Shown here: piece after piece, positions 8,744 through 17,625 of the stretch | Position numbering within the stretch: the first letter of the stretch is position 1 | How the letters are laid out: each line of letters starts with the position of its first letter | Source of the DNA: a virus | Taxonomy: Duplodnaviria > Heunggongvirae > Uroviricota > Caudoviricetes | IMG/VR virus record: IMGVR_UViG_640753025_000002 | DNA length: 33,781 nt | Direction: 5' to 3' (one strand) | Notes under the pieces: model-generated | Seen by the model: the letters and a program-made list of their open reading frames with translations, nothing else | Told to the model about the DNA's origin: nothing | The model's database searches: none | Made by a program: the position numbers and the translations under genes

Positions 8744-8762
8744 GGCGTGGCGGGGATACGAG
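8744..8762. other. Probable cos cohesive-end site (GGCGTGGCGGGGATACGAG)
   Basis: Strong resemblance, from memory, to the 19-nt cohesive end of P2/186 (GGCGAGGCGGGGAAAGCAC-like); located in an intergenic region on the Q-proximal side of the genome as in P2. Confidence 0.45.
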
Positions 8763-8855
8763 CGCGCGCAATAAGTGTTTATACCAAAATATTGTCTTAT
8801 GATATCTTTATCGGATTACTCTGGAAGTTCTATAGCGTCATAAAGGATTTTTTTA

Positions 8856-10247
8856 ATGAACGAAAAACTAACTGAATTAAAAGAGAAACTAGATAATTTA
8901 CATACAACACTTAATGGTCTTGTATTCCCTGTGGAAGATTTTATAAACCTTGGGCCGTACACATTTCCTTTTTTACATAAAGATGATCTGATAGAACTAC
9001 CAAAAATGTTATCTGATAGAATTAATCAGATGCAGGAATTTGTACCATCTTCAGATGACATTGCAGTAATTGATGCGCTCATTTACACTCTGGATCATGC
9101 TCAGCAAAATATTAATCATATAAACAATGGTAACGCATCAGTTCAACAGACCGCTATACCATCTTATGTTATTTCAATGTTATATATCTCTCATAGGATT
9201 AATGACCTTTTTTCATTTGAGAGGCTGAAAGATAGAAATTTATTACCAAAGCAAATTTTACGCAGATTAGAATTATATAATTCAGGTATATCTGCAATTG
9301 CAGCTGAAACTGGTAATATAGAAGAGAAAATTAAAACTATAAATGAAGCATATGATGCAGCCGAGAATCTACCGACAACAGTAAAAATGCTTCGTGAAAC
9401 AAATGATGAAGTTAAAAATGTTTACAATAGCGCAGTTGAGCATTGCAGAAATATTAATGGCATGCTTAAAGAGACTGAAGAGAACTCCAAAATCGTAGAT
9501 GAGGCCAGACAAGAAATTTTGGCGCTGAAACAGAATGCAAGCAAGGATGCAAAAGATTATTTACAATCTCTCCGTGAAGAAGCTCAGGGTTATATTAATA
9601 AATGTGAAGAGGCATTTAGAACTACTACTTCAAAAGGTTTGGCTGGGGCATTTCAAGATAAAGCAGAAAAATTAAACCGGAGCATACGTTGGTGGGTATG
9701 TGGACTAATAGGTGCTTTGGTTGCAGGTGCTGCTGTTGGTTATACGCGTTTACATGCTCTCGAAGCATATCTGTCAAACCCTGACGCATCAGGTATAAAG
9801 TTAGCTATTCAACTTTTACTCTCCATTTTAAGTGTTGGAGCACCATTATGGTTTGCTTGGTTAGCAACGAAACAAATTGGTCAGCGATTCAGATTGGCAG
9901 AGGATTATGAATTCAAGGCCTCAGTATCCAAAGCTTATGAGGGATATAGAAGAGAAGCTGTCCAACTTGATAGCGACTTTACCCAAAGGTTATTTGGTAA
10001 TGCACTTACTCGACTGGAGGAGCCGCCATTAAGATTTGTTGAAGAAGCTACCCATTCATCGCCTATAATGGAAATGTTATCATCGGAAAATTTTAAGCAT
10101 TTCTTAGCTAATGGTGGCGATAAAATCGATTCAATTTTAGAAGGTGCAGGCCTTTCTAGAAAAGGTAAAGTCGAACAAACGCGCCATTTTAATAAGGATG
10201 TGATCCAGCCTGTAAATGAAACTTCAAACAAACCAGAAAATGATTAA
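8856..10247 (+). CDS. Membrane-associated protein of unknown function (463 aa): N-terminal coiled-coil-rich domain plus a two-helix transmembrane hairpin; candidate defence/abortive-infection effector
   Basis: Very AT-rich ORF with an AAGGA RBS; two hydrophobic helices (WWVCGLIGALVAGAAVGY and IKLAIQLLLSILSVGAPLWFAWLA) after about 265 aa of K/E/N-rich helical sequence; no NTPase or nuclease motif recognisable by eye; sits between cos and Q. Confidence 0.7.
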   Translation: MNEKLTELKEKLDNLHTTLNGLVFPVEDFINLGPYTFPFLHKDDLIELPKMLSDRINQMQEFVPSSDDIAVIDALIYTLDHAQQNINHINNGNASVQQTAIPSYVISMLYISHRINDLFSFERLKDRNLLPKQILRRLELYNSGISAIAAETGNIEEKIKTINEAYDAAENLPTTVKMLRETNDEVKNVYNSAVEHCRNINGMLKETEENSKIVDEARQEILALKQNASKDAKDYLQSLREEAQGYINKCEEAFRTTTSKGLAGAFQDKAEKLNRSIRWWVCGLIGALVAGAAVGYTRLHALEAYLSNPDASGIKLAIQLLLSILSVGAPLWFAWLATKQIGQRFRLAEDYEFKASVSKAYEGYRREAVQLDSDFTQRLFGNALTRLEEPPLRFVEEATHSSPIMEMLSSENFKHFLANGGDKIDSILEGAGLSRKGKVEQTRHFNKDVIQPVNETSNKPEND

Positions 10248-10272
10248 AAATAGGGGCGTTAGCCCCCTATTT
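10248..10272. terminator. Bidirectional rho-independent terminator between convergent genes
   Basis: AAAAATAGGGGC-(GTTA)-GCCCCCTATTT hairpin flanked by an A-run and a T-run, between the 463-aa gene (+) and Q (-). Confidence 0.5.
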
Positions 10273-10274
10273 CA

Positions 10275-11303
10275 TCAAAGCATATACTCATTAAAATTAA
10301 TTACATCATCATCTAACCAAGTGTTCAGTTCCAGTATTTTTTTTTGTAATACTGTTAACTCATTTCTAACAAATACTTTGCAGGCTTTCTCCACATCCCC
10401 AAATCCCCCAACATTATTAGGCATTATCCCCATCATTTGTGGCGGTACACGGTGCGCAGCCATCATGTCGTCGCGGCTGACATTTTTGATATTCAGAAAT
10501 TCATCCTTCGCCGCGACTTCTGACAACGGGATAATCTGAAGACCATCCTTTTTGCCGTTAGGTGAGTACATAAACAGGTTGCGGAAGTTGCCTGGACCTT
10601 TGGCGCTTTTCATTGCGTTGCGGAGGTTGTTCACATCCTCCTGGTTCTGCGCAGCATCGGTCATGTACATGATGAAGCCAGCATGACTGCCGTTAATGTA
10701 ATACTTTCGGCGGAACAGCGTGGCGGACTCGTTGAGCAGGGCTGACGGAATGGCAGAAAGATAACCGGGCAGGCCGTAGATCTCCTGGTTGATGTCCGGT
10801 TCCATCAGATGAAAGATGCTGCCTTTCGTGAACTGATATGGCTGCGTGGTCATACCGTATTGCACAAACCAGTAGGTATCCAGGTCTAACCCGCGTCGGG
10901 TATATTTTGCCAGGGCAGGTTCAAGGGCGATAACTTCACCGAAGCGGTTCGTGCGTTTCTCCAGGTAGGCGTTACCAAATACCAGATAGTCCTGCACAAA
11001 ACGCGAAAAAGCCTGCTGGCTGAGCAGCGGGTGAGGGATGTAGGTGCTGGTCAGAATGTTGCACTTTACTGCAATCGGGGAACTATGATGCACGGCAGCG
11101 CGGAAGGTGCGCGCCAGTCCGTCAAAGCTGACGGGCGGCTCATACCAGCGGTCCATCTGTACGCATTCCACATAATCCAGCAGTTCTCGGCGGTCCAGAA
11201 CAGGAACGGGATCGCCGAAGCTGAATGCTTCGGCTGTAGTTTGACTTTTAAGCTGGATCTGTTTCGTCGCCGCAGCGCGGTTCTTCTTACTCTTTCCCAT
11301 CAA
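10275..11303 (-). CDS. Q: Portal protein (P2 gpQ family)
   Basis: 342 aa (P2 Q is about 344 aa); position and orientation match P2 Q, with its start overlapping the end of P. Confidence 0.9.
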   Translation of the reverse strand: MMGKSKKNRAAATKQIQLKSQTTAEAFSFGDPVPVLDRRELLDYVECVQMDRWYEPPVSFDGLARTFRAAVHHSSPIAVKCNILTSTYIPHPLLSQQAFSRFVQDYLVFGNAYLEKRTNRFGEVIALEPALAKYTRRGLDLDTYWFVQYGMTTQPYQFTKGSIFHLMEPDINQEIYGLPGYLSAIPSALLNESATLFRRKYYINGSHAGFIMYMTDAAQNQEDVNNLRNAMKSAKGPGNFRNLFMYSPNGKKDGLQIIPLSEVAAKDEFLNIKNVSRDDMMAAHRVPPQMMGIMPNNVGGFGDVEKACKVFVRNELTVLQKKILELNTWLDDDVINFNEYML

Positions 11304-13066
11304 AAAATCTCCACAATATTGCTGGTATTGGCGGACTCGCCCTGCAGCGGTTCGTTAAACAGTGCGTGCATTGTTGCCCAGGCCAGATCGGCATGGCTGG
11401 CTTCTTCGCTGCGGCTGGCTTCATAGGTCGGGCGGTTGCCGCTGGCGGTGGTGGCGCGACGGATTGCCATAAATGACTGCGCTATGTCGGTGTGTCCGGC
11501 GTCAAACTCCAGACGACGGTGACTGATAATGTCGTAGGCTTTGAGTACCAGGGCATTTTTAACGTTGGGGTTGTAGACAAACTCCCGGACGGCAGGAAAG
11601 AACGCTTTCACGTTCTCGTAAACCCCGTGACCGACACCTGTCGAGTCAATGCCGATGTATGTCACGTTGTACTGTTCGGTCAGTTTTTTGATGGCGTCAG
11701 CCTGGGCGCGGAAGTCCATCCCGCGCCACTGGTGACGCTCAAGAATGCGGAACTTACCGCCCGGCACGGCTGGCGGTGCCACCACCACGCACCCGGCGCT
11801 GTCGCCGTTTTGCGTACCTTTTGCCGGGTCATAACCGATCCACACTTCGCGCCAGCCAAACGGGCGCAGGGCCAGTGCATGAAAGTCGGTCCAGACTTCC
11901 CAACTGTCCACCATGCACGCCTGCAGCTCGCTGAGCGGGAACACGGACGCGAGATCGTCCACGAACTCACACATCAGCAGGTTCTGGTATTCGTCCGGGC
12001 TGTACTCCATGCGCAACTGGTCGAGGTCGAACAGGTTACAGCCGCCGCGCACCGCATCTTCCACGGTGACTATCTGGCGGTATTGCCCGTCTGCGCACAG
12101 CAGGCCGGGGGCCAGATTGCTGTGGGACAGGTCGATGTCCACCTTGTCAGCTTTGTTGCGCCCACGGTTGAACAGCGCACCGGACCAGAACGGATAAGCA
12201 CTGTGGGTCAGACTGGATGGCGTGGAAAAATAGGTTTGTCGCCATTTTTTGTGAATAGCCATACCGGAAGCCACTTTGCGCAGCTCCTGGAATTTTGGTA
12301 TCCAGAAATATTCATCCAGATACAGGTTGCCGTGATAACTCTGGGCCGTGCGGGCATTGGTGCCGAGGAAATACAGTGTGGCCCCGTTGGGAAGCACCAT
12401 CGGATCGCCTTTCAGCTCCACCTCTACTTCTTTGGCAAAGTCGATGATGTACTGTTTGAAGACGTGGGCCTGTGCCTTACTGGCAGAAAGGAAAATCTGG
12501 TTACGTCCGGTCAGCAGGGCGTCAATCAGGGCTTCACGGGCAAAATAGAAGGTCGCGCCGATCTGGCGTGACTTCAGCAGGTTGCGGATGCGGTTGGTTT
12601 TTCCGGCTTCCCACCAGTGGCGCTGGTAGTTGAACATGGAGGAATGGAAGATTTCTTCCAGCTTCTCAATCTGTTCATCGGTGAAGACATTTTTTTCCGG
12701 CTGACGGCGCGGGCCTTTGTTGCGGTTGGCGACGTTAGGGTTCAAGTCGGCTTCGTTGCCGCCATTGTTAAACTTGCCGATCCGCGCGTGGCGCTCAGAC
12801 TGGCGCGCCAGCAGGTCAATCTCTTTGAAATCTTTCCCTTCTTTGTGCTCCTTCATAATGAGCTGGCAGTAGCGTGCGGCGGTGGTGAGCTGCATCTGAT
12901 CCAGCGGCCCATAGTCACCCCACTTGTCGCGTTTTTTCCAGCTGTGAACGGTTGCAACTTTCTCGCCCAGCATTTCAGCAATGCGGGCTACGCGGTATCC
13001 CTGAAAGTACAGCAGCATGGCCTGCCGACGGGGATCGAGATCTGCGGGTGTCAGTGTGGTGTTCAT
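11300..13066 (-). CDS. P: Terminase large (ATPase) subunit (P2 gpP family)
   Basis: 588 aa (P2 P is about 590 aa); divergent from O as in P2; several GC-rich antisense ORFs inside it are artefacts. Confidence 0.9.
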   Translation of the reverse strand: MNTTLTPADLDPRRQAMLLYFQGYRVARIAEMLGEKVATVHSWKKRDKWGDYGPLDQMQLTTAARYCQLIMKEHKEGKDFKEIDLLARQSERHARIGKFNNGGNEADLNPNVANRNKGPRRQPEKNVFTDEQIEKLEEIFHSSMFNYQRHWWEAGKTNRIRNLLKSRQIGATFYFAREALIDALLTGRNQIFLSASKAQAHVFKQYIIDFAKEVEVELKGDPMVLPNGATLYFLGTNARTAQSYHGNLYLDEYFWIPKFQELRKVASGMAIHKKWRQTYFSTPSSLTHSAYPFWSGALFNRGRNKADKVDIDLSHSNLAPGLLCADGQYRQIVTVEDAVRGGCNLFDLDQLRMEYSPDEYQNLLMCEFVDDLASVFPLSELQACMVDSWEVWTDFHALALRPFGWREVWIGYDPAKGTQNGDSAGCVVVAPPAVPGGKFRILERHQWRGMDFRAQADAIKKLTEQYNVTYIGIDSTGVGHGVYENVKAFFPAVREFVYNPNVKNALVLKAYDIISHRRLEFDAGHTDIAQSFMAIRRATTASGNRPTYEASRSEEASHADLAWATMHALFNEPLQGESANTSNIVEIF

Positions 13067-13112
13067 GGCACAAACCTACAGCCTTGAATGAAGGCTTTCC
13101 CCGCCTGCGGTT

Positions 13113-13130
13113 TGTGTGGTTGTCGGTACA
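13113..13130. promoter_or_regulatory. Ogr-type late activator binding dyad (TGT-N12-ACA) in the divergent P/O late promoter region
   Basis: TGTgtggttgtcggtACA in the 142-bp P/O intergenic region; P2 late promoters carry this dyad centred near -55. Confidence 0.5.
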
Positions 13131-13208
13131 AATACCGCGCATTGTTTCACTGCCCCCATCACCGCAACCATAAGGCTCCAGTAAGTTTTTTCTAACGGAG
13201 CACGGCTC

Positions 13209-14042
13209 ATGACAGTGAAAGCAAAGCGTTTTCGCATCGGGGTGGAAGGTGCCACCACCGACGGACGCGAAATCCAGCGTGAATGGCTGGAACAGATGGC
13301 AGCCAGCTACAACCCGGCGGTGTATACCGCGCTGATTAACCTTGAGCACATCAAGTCTTATCTGCCGGACAGCACCTTTAACCGCTACGGCAAGGTGACG
13401 GCGCTGTTTGCTGAAGAAATCACGGAAGGTCCGCTGGCAGGCAAGATGGCGCTGTATGCCGACGTTGAGCCAACGGAGTCCCTGGTGGAACTGGTGAAAA
13501 AAGGCCAGAAATTATTCACCTCTATGGAAGTCAGCCCGAAGTTCGCTGATACGGGCAAAGCCTACCTGGTCGGCCTGGCTGCCACTGATGATCCCGCCAG
13601 TCTGGGTACGGAAATGCTGACATTCAGCGCCAGTGCAGCCCATAACCCGCTGGCAAACCGCAAGCAGAATCCTGCCAATCTCTTTACCGCTGCAGAGGAA
13701 ACGGTGATCGAACTGGAAGAAATCCAGGACGACAAACCGTCCCTGTTTGCCCGCGTCACGGCGCTGTTTACCAAAAAAGAGCAGTCCGATGACGCCCGGT
13801 TCTCTGATGTGCATAAGGCCGTGGAGCTGGTCGCCACAGAGCAGCAGAACCTGAGCGCACGCACCGAAAAATCCCTGTCTGAGCAGGAAGAACGCCTGTC
13901 TGAGCTGGAGACTGCCCTGCAGGCACAGCAGACCGCCTTTAACGAACTGGTGGACAAGCTGAGTCATGAAGACAGCCGCCAGGACTACCGTCAGCGTGCA
14001 ACAGGCGGTAACGCCCCCGCTGACACTCTGACCAATTGCTGA
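13209..14042 (+). CDS. O: Capsid scaffolding protein (P2 gpO family)
   Basis: Contains FRIGVEG..DGR, INLEH, YLVGLA.TDDPASLGTE and a C-terminal ATGG...L..C tail, matching P2 O. Confidence 0.9.
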   Translation: MTVKAKRFRIGVEGATTDGREIQREWLEQMAASYNPAVYTALINLEHIKSYLPDSTFNRYGKVTALFAEEITEGPLAGKMALYADVEPTESLVELVKKGQKLFTSMEVSPKFADTGKAYLVGLAATDDPASLGTEMLTFSASAAHNPLANRKQNPANLFTAAEETVIELEEIQDDKPSLFARVTALFTKKEQSDDARFSDVHKAVELVATEQQNLSARTEKSLSEQEERLSELETALQAQQTAFNELVDKLSHEDSRQDYRQRATGGNAPADTLTNC

Positions 14043-14058
14043 TGGAGCACAAAACCCG

Positions 14059-15117
14059 ATGAAGAAGAATACCCGCTTTGCTTTTAACGCTTACCTGCAG
14101 CAGCTGGCGCGTCTGAACGGTGTTGCAGTTGAAGAACTGTCCAGCAAGTTCACCGTCGAACCGTCCGTGCAGCAGACGCTGGAAGACCAGATCCAGCAGT
14201 CCGCCGCTTTCCTGACACTGATTAACGTCACGCCAGTGACTGAGCAGTCCGGTCAGTTGCTGGGGCTGGGTGTTGGCAGCACCATTGCCGGAACCACTGA
14301 TACCACCGCGAAAGAGCGTGAACCTGTCGATCCGACGCTGATGGTCGATGTGGAATATAAATGCGAGCAGACCAACTTTGACACGGTGCTGACCTACGCG
14401 AAGCTGGACCTGTGGGCGAAGTTTCAGGATTTCCAGGTGCGTATCCGTGACGCCATCGTGAAACGTCAGGCACTGGACCGCATCATGATCGGCTTTAACG
14501 GCGTGAAGCGTGCGAAAACCTCCAACCGTAGCGAAAACCCGCTGCTGCAGGATGTGAATAAAGGCTGGCTGCAGAAAATCCGTGAGGATGCACCGGATCA
14601 CGTCATGGGCAGCACCACCACGGGCGGTGAAACTACACCGGGTGCGGTGAAAGTCGGGAAAGGTGGCGAATATGCCAACCTGGACGCCGTAGTGATGGAT
14701 GCCGTCAATGAGCTTATCGACGTGGTTTACCAGGACGATGACGATCTGGTGGTTATTTGCGGGCGTGAACTGCTGTCTGACAAGTATTTCCCGCTGGTCA
14801 ACAAAGAGCAGGAAAACAGTGAAAAACTGGCTGCCGATATGATCATCAGTCAGAAACGCATGGGTGGCCTGCAGGCCGTGCGTGCGCCGTTCTTCCCGCC
14901 GAATGCGCTGCTAATCACCCGTCTGGATAACCTGTCCATCTACTGGCAGGAAGACACCCGCCGCCGTTCAGTTATCGACAACCCGAAACGTGACCGGATT
15001 GAAAACTTTGAATCCGTTAACGAAGCCTATGTGGTTGAGGACTACCGCTGCGCCGCACTGGTGGAAAACATCCAGATTGGCGATTTCAGCGCCGCCGTAG
15101 CAGAAACCGGAGAGTAA
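14059..15117 (+). CDS. N: Major capsid protein (P2 gpN family)
   Basis: Long collinear match to P2 N (TRF.FNAYL, KFTVEPSV, LDLWA.FQDFQ.RIR, GFNGVKRA, KYFPLVNKEQ.NSE.LAAD). Confidence 0.95.
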   Translation: MKKNTRFAFNAYLQQLARLNGVAVEELSSKFTVEPSVQQTLEDQIQQSAAFLTLINVTPVTEQSGQLLGLGVGSTIAGTTDTTAKEREPVDPTLMVDVEYKCEQTNFDTVLTYAKLDLWAKFQDFQVRIRDAIVKRQALDRIMIGFNGVKRAKTSNRSENPLLQDVNKGWLQKIREDAPDHVMGSTTTGGETTPGAVKVGKGGEYANLDAVVMDAVNELIDVVYQDDDDLVVICGRELLSDKYFPLVNKEQENSEKLAADMIISQKRMGGLQAVRAPFFPPNALLITRLDNLSIYWQEDTRRRSVIDNPKRDRIENFESVNEAYVVEDYRCAALVENIQIGDFSAAVAETGE

Positions 15118-15120
15118 TCC

Positions 15121-15771
15121 ATGAGCCTGAGTCCCGCACGGCAGCATCGCCTGCGCGTTCAGGCTGAACAGGCCGCCCGCGAGGGCGGCAGTGTTCGCCA
15201 CGCATCGGGCTATGACCTGATGCTGCTGCAACTGGCGGAAGACCGCCGCCGTCTCAAGGGCGTTCAGTCCACGGTCAAAAAAGCGGAAATCAAGGTGGAG
15301 CTGCTGCCGAAGTACGCCGCCTGGGCAGAGGGTGTCCTGGCTGCCGGAGGCGCTCAACAGGATGACGTGCTGATGTACGTGATGCTGTGGCGCATTGATG
15401 CCGGAGATTATGCCGGGGCGCTGGAGATCGGGCGTCATGCCCTGCGTCATGGCTGGGTGATGCCGCTGGGTAACCGCAACGTGCAGACCGTGCTGGCAGA
15501 GGAAATGGCAGACGCCGCGCAGAGCGCAATGCTTGCCGCCACCGGCTTTGATGCCGATCTGTTGCTGCAGACGCTGGAGCTGACAGACGGTCTGGATATG
15601 CCGGACCAGTCACGGGCGCGTCTGCATAAAGCGATTGGCGCTGTCCTGAGTGAAAACAATCCGGCTTCCGCCCTTAATCATCTCAACCATGCGTTACAGC
15701 TCGATCCCCGCTGTGGCGTGAAAAAAGACAAACAGCAGCTGGAGCGCAGACTGCGCAATGACAGCCGCTGA
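15121..15771 (+). CDS. M: Terminase small subunit / endonuclease (P2 gpM family)
   Basis: Matches P2 M (RHA.GY..ML..LA.D.R.LK, AQQDD.LM.VMLWR.D.GD.AGALEI, LD...GVKK). Confidence 0.85.
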   Translation: MSLSPARQHRLRVQAEQAAREGGSVRHASGYDLMLLQLAEDRRRLKGVQSTVKKAEIKVELLPKYAAWAEGVLAAGGAQQDDVLMYVMLWRIDAGDYAGALEIGRHALRHGWVMPLGNRNVQTVLAEEMADAAQSAMLAATGFDADLLLQTLELTDGLDMPDQSRARLHKAIGAVLSENNPASALNHLNHALQLDPRCGVKKDKQQLERRLRNDSR

Positions 15772-15866
15772 CAGAACGTGCCCCCGCGCACGGGCGGCAC
15801 GGGGTGGCGAAAGGCACTGCCACATCAAAACCCCGTCCACCGCCCTCTATTTCAGGAGAAAGCAGC

Positions 15867-16331
15867 ATGAAGTTTGTTGCGCTAGAACAGGCACCGGAAC
15901 AGGCGGAAATCATCAGAAATACGCCGTTCTGGCCTGATGTGGACCTGTCGGAGTTTCGCAGCGTGATGCGCACTGACGGCACGGTGACGCAGCCGCGTTT
16001 AAAGCAGGTTGCGCTGTCGGCAATTTCGGAGGTCAACGCAGAGCTGTATGAGTTTCGCAGACGTCAGCAGATGCTGGGGTATGTGTCGCTGGCTGAGGTT
16101 CCGGCTGAACAGCTGGACGGCAAAAGTGAGCGCATTCAGCACTATTTCAACGCGGTTTACTGCTGGGCACGCGCCATGCTCAACGAACGTTACCAGGACT
16201 ATGACGCCACGGCATCCGGTGTGAAGCGGGGCGAAGAACTGGCAGAAGCCAGCGGTGATTTGTGGCGTGACGCCCGCTGGGCCATCAGCCGGGTGCAGGA
16301 TGCGCCGCACTGCACAGTGGAGCTTATCTGA
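15867..16331 (+). CDS. L: Head completion/stabilisation protein (P2 gpL family)
   Basis: Begins MKFVALEQAPEQAEIIRNTPFWPD (P2 L: MKFTSLEQAPEQAEVIRNAPFWPD); AGGAG RBS; ends ...CTVELI. Confidence 0.85.
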   Translation: MKFVALEQAPEQAEIIRNTPFWPDVDLSEFRSVMRTDGTVTQPRLKQVALSAISEVNAELYEFRRRQQMLGYVSLAEVPAEQLDGKSERIQHYFNAVYCWARAMLNERYQDYDATASGVKRGEELAEASGDLWRDARWAISRVQDAPHCTVELI

Positions 16332-16534
16332 TGAAAGTGCGTGCGCATCAGTATGACACGGTGGACGCGCTTTGCTGGCGTCATTACGGGCGCACGCAGG
16401 GTGTCACGGAGCAGGTACTGAAGGCAAATCCGGGGCTTGCCGAATACGGCCCCTTTTTACCTCACGGGCTGCAGGTGGAGCTGCCGGACATTCCGACCAC
16501 CACCACCGTGCAGACCGTCCAGCTATGGGACTGA
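16331..16534 (+). CDS. X: Tail protein X (P2 gpX family, LysM-like)
   Basis: 67 aa, the same length as P2 X, with conserved YYGRT.GV.E.VL.ANPGLAE.G..LPHG..VELPD. Confidence 0.85.
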   Translation: MKVRAHQYDTVDALCWRHYGRTQGVTEQVLKANPGLAEYGPFLPHGLQVELPDIPTTTTVQTVQLWD

Positions 16535-16537
16535 ATT

Positions 16538-16753
16538 ATGACGCTTGAGCGAATCAGCGCCTTTATCACGTATTGCATCGCCGTCGTGCTGGCCTGGCTG
16601 GGCGATTTGTCCATCAAGGATGCCTCAACGCTGGGCGGCCTGATGATTGGTGTGCTGATGCTGGCTATCAACTGGTACTACAAACACAAAGCCTACCAGC
16701 TTCTGCGCGACGGGCAGATCTCGCGGGAGGACTATGAATCCATCAATCGTTAA
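16538..16753 (+). CDS. Holin, small two-TMD class (pinholin-like)
   Basis: 71 aa with two hydrophobic helices and a charged C-terminus; immediately upstream of an endolysin carrying an N-terminal signal-anchor-like segment. Confidence 0.6.
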   Translation: MTLERISAFITYCIAVVLAWLGDLSIKDASTLGGLMIGVLMLAINWYYKHKAYQLLRDGQISREDYESINR

Positions 16754-17246
16754 ACGCTGCCTTGTCGGGGCCGTGCTGGCTATTGCTGCCACGCTGCCGG
16801 GTTTTCAGCAGCTTCACACCTCCGTGGAGGGGCTGAAACTGATTGCCGATTACGAAGGTTGTCGTCTGCAGCCGTATCAGTGCAGCGCGGGTGTCTGGAC
16901 CGACGGCATTGGTAATACGTCAGGCGTCATTCCCGGCAAAACCATTACGGAGCGACAGGCAGCAGAAGGGCTGATCTCCAACGTGCTGCGTGTGGAGCGG
17001 GCGCTGGAAAGGTGTGTGAAGCAACAGCCGCCGCAGAAGGTGTATGACGCCGCGGTGTCGTTTGCCTTCAACGTGGGAACGGGCAATGCCTGCAGTTCCA
17101 CGCTGGTGAAATTACTCAATCAGCGGCGCTGGGCAGATGCGTGCCGACAGTTGCCGCGCTGGGTTTATGTGAAAGGTGTTTTTAATCAGGGGCTGGATAA
17201 CCGCCGTGCGCGGGAGATGGCCTGGTGTTTACAGGGAGCAAACTGA
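16734..17246 (+). CDS. Endolysin, lysozyme-like (GH24-type), probable SAR endolysin
   Basis: N-terminal weakly hydrophobic Gly/Ala-rich segment (CLVGAVLAIAATLPG) followed by a lysozyme-like catalytic region (EGLKLIADYEGCRLQPY...GVWTDGIGNT); GGGAGG RBS. Confidence 0.8.
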   Translation: MNPSIVKRCLVGAVLAIAATLPGFQQLHTSVEGLKLIADYEGCRLQPYQCSAGVWTDGIGNTSGVIPGKTITERQAAEGLISNVLRVERALERCVKQQPPQKVYDAAVSFAFNVGTGNACSSTLVKLLNQRRWADACRQLPRWVYVKGVFNQGLDNRRAREMAWCLQGAN

Positions 17247-17247
17247 A

Positions 17248-17625
17248 ATGAAAAAGAAATTAATCAGCGGACTGTTTCTGATGTTATGGATGGCGCTGTT
17301 AATCGCAGCAATGGTGTATCCGCAGGGGATTTTTCCGGTACTGGCAGCGTCCGGCGTTTGGGTAGCCTGTTTGCTGACATGGGCGGTAATTCCGGTAGCA
17401 CTGGCTGCGTTAATTAAGAATGGCCCGCTCTGGCAGGAGTTAAGGGCATCTTTGCTGAAGACAATTACCCGAAAAGAAAACGTATTTACCAGTTGGGTGA
17501 TGCGATTGCTGATTGTTGTAAGTCTCGCCTGGACGGGGTGGGCTATTACCCTGGTCTTTTATCTACTGACCGTTATTGCCTTCTGGATCACCCGTAATCA
17601 GATGGCGCAACAGGTAGCAGCATGA
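17248..17625 (+). CDS. Lysis-associated membrane protein (P2 LysA-like)
   Basis: 125-aa multi-TM protein between the endolysin and the spanin genes, the position of P2 lysA. Confidence 0.55.
   Translation: MKKKLISGLFLMLWMALLIAAMVYPQGIFPVLAASGVWVACLLTWAVIPVALAALIKNGPLWQELRASLLKTITRKENVFTSWVMRLLIVVSLAWTGWAITLVFYLLTVIAFWITRNQMAQQVAA

Noticed and set aside
11492-12571. 359-aa plus-strand ORF, with several shorter ones (11680-11970, 11913-12197, 12617-13087), overlapping the terminase gene P on the opposite strand
   Set aside because: Antisense open frames in a GC-rich coding region; no RBS or start context; the minus-strand terminase ORF is the homology-supported gene.
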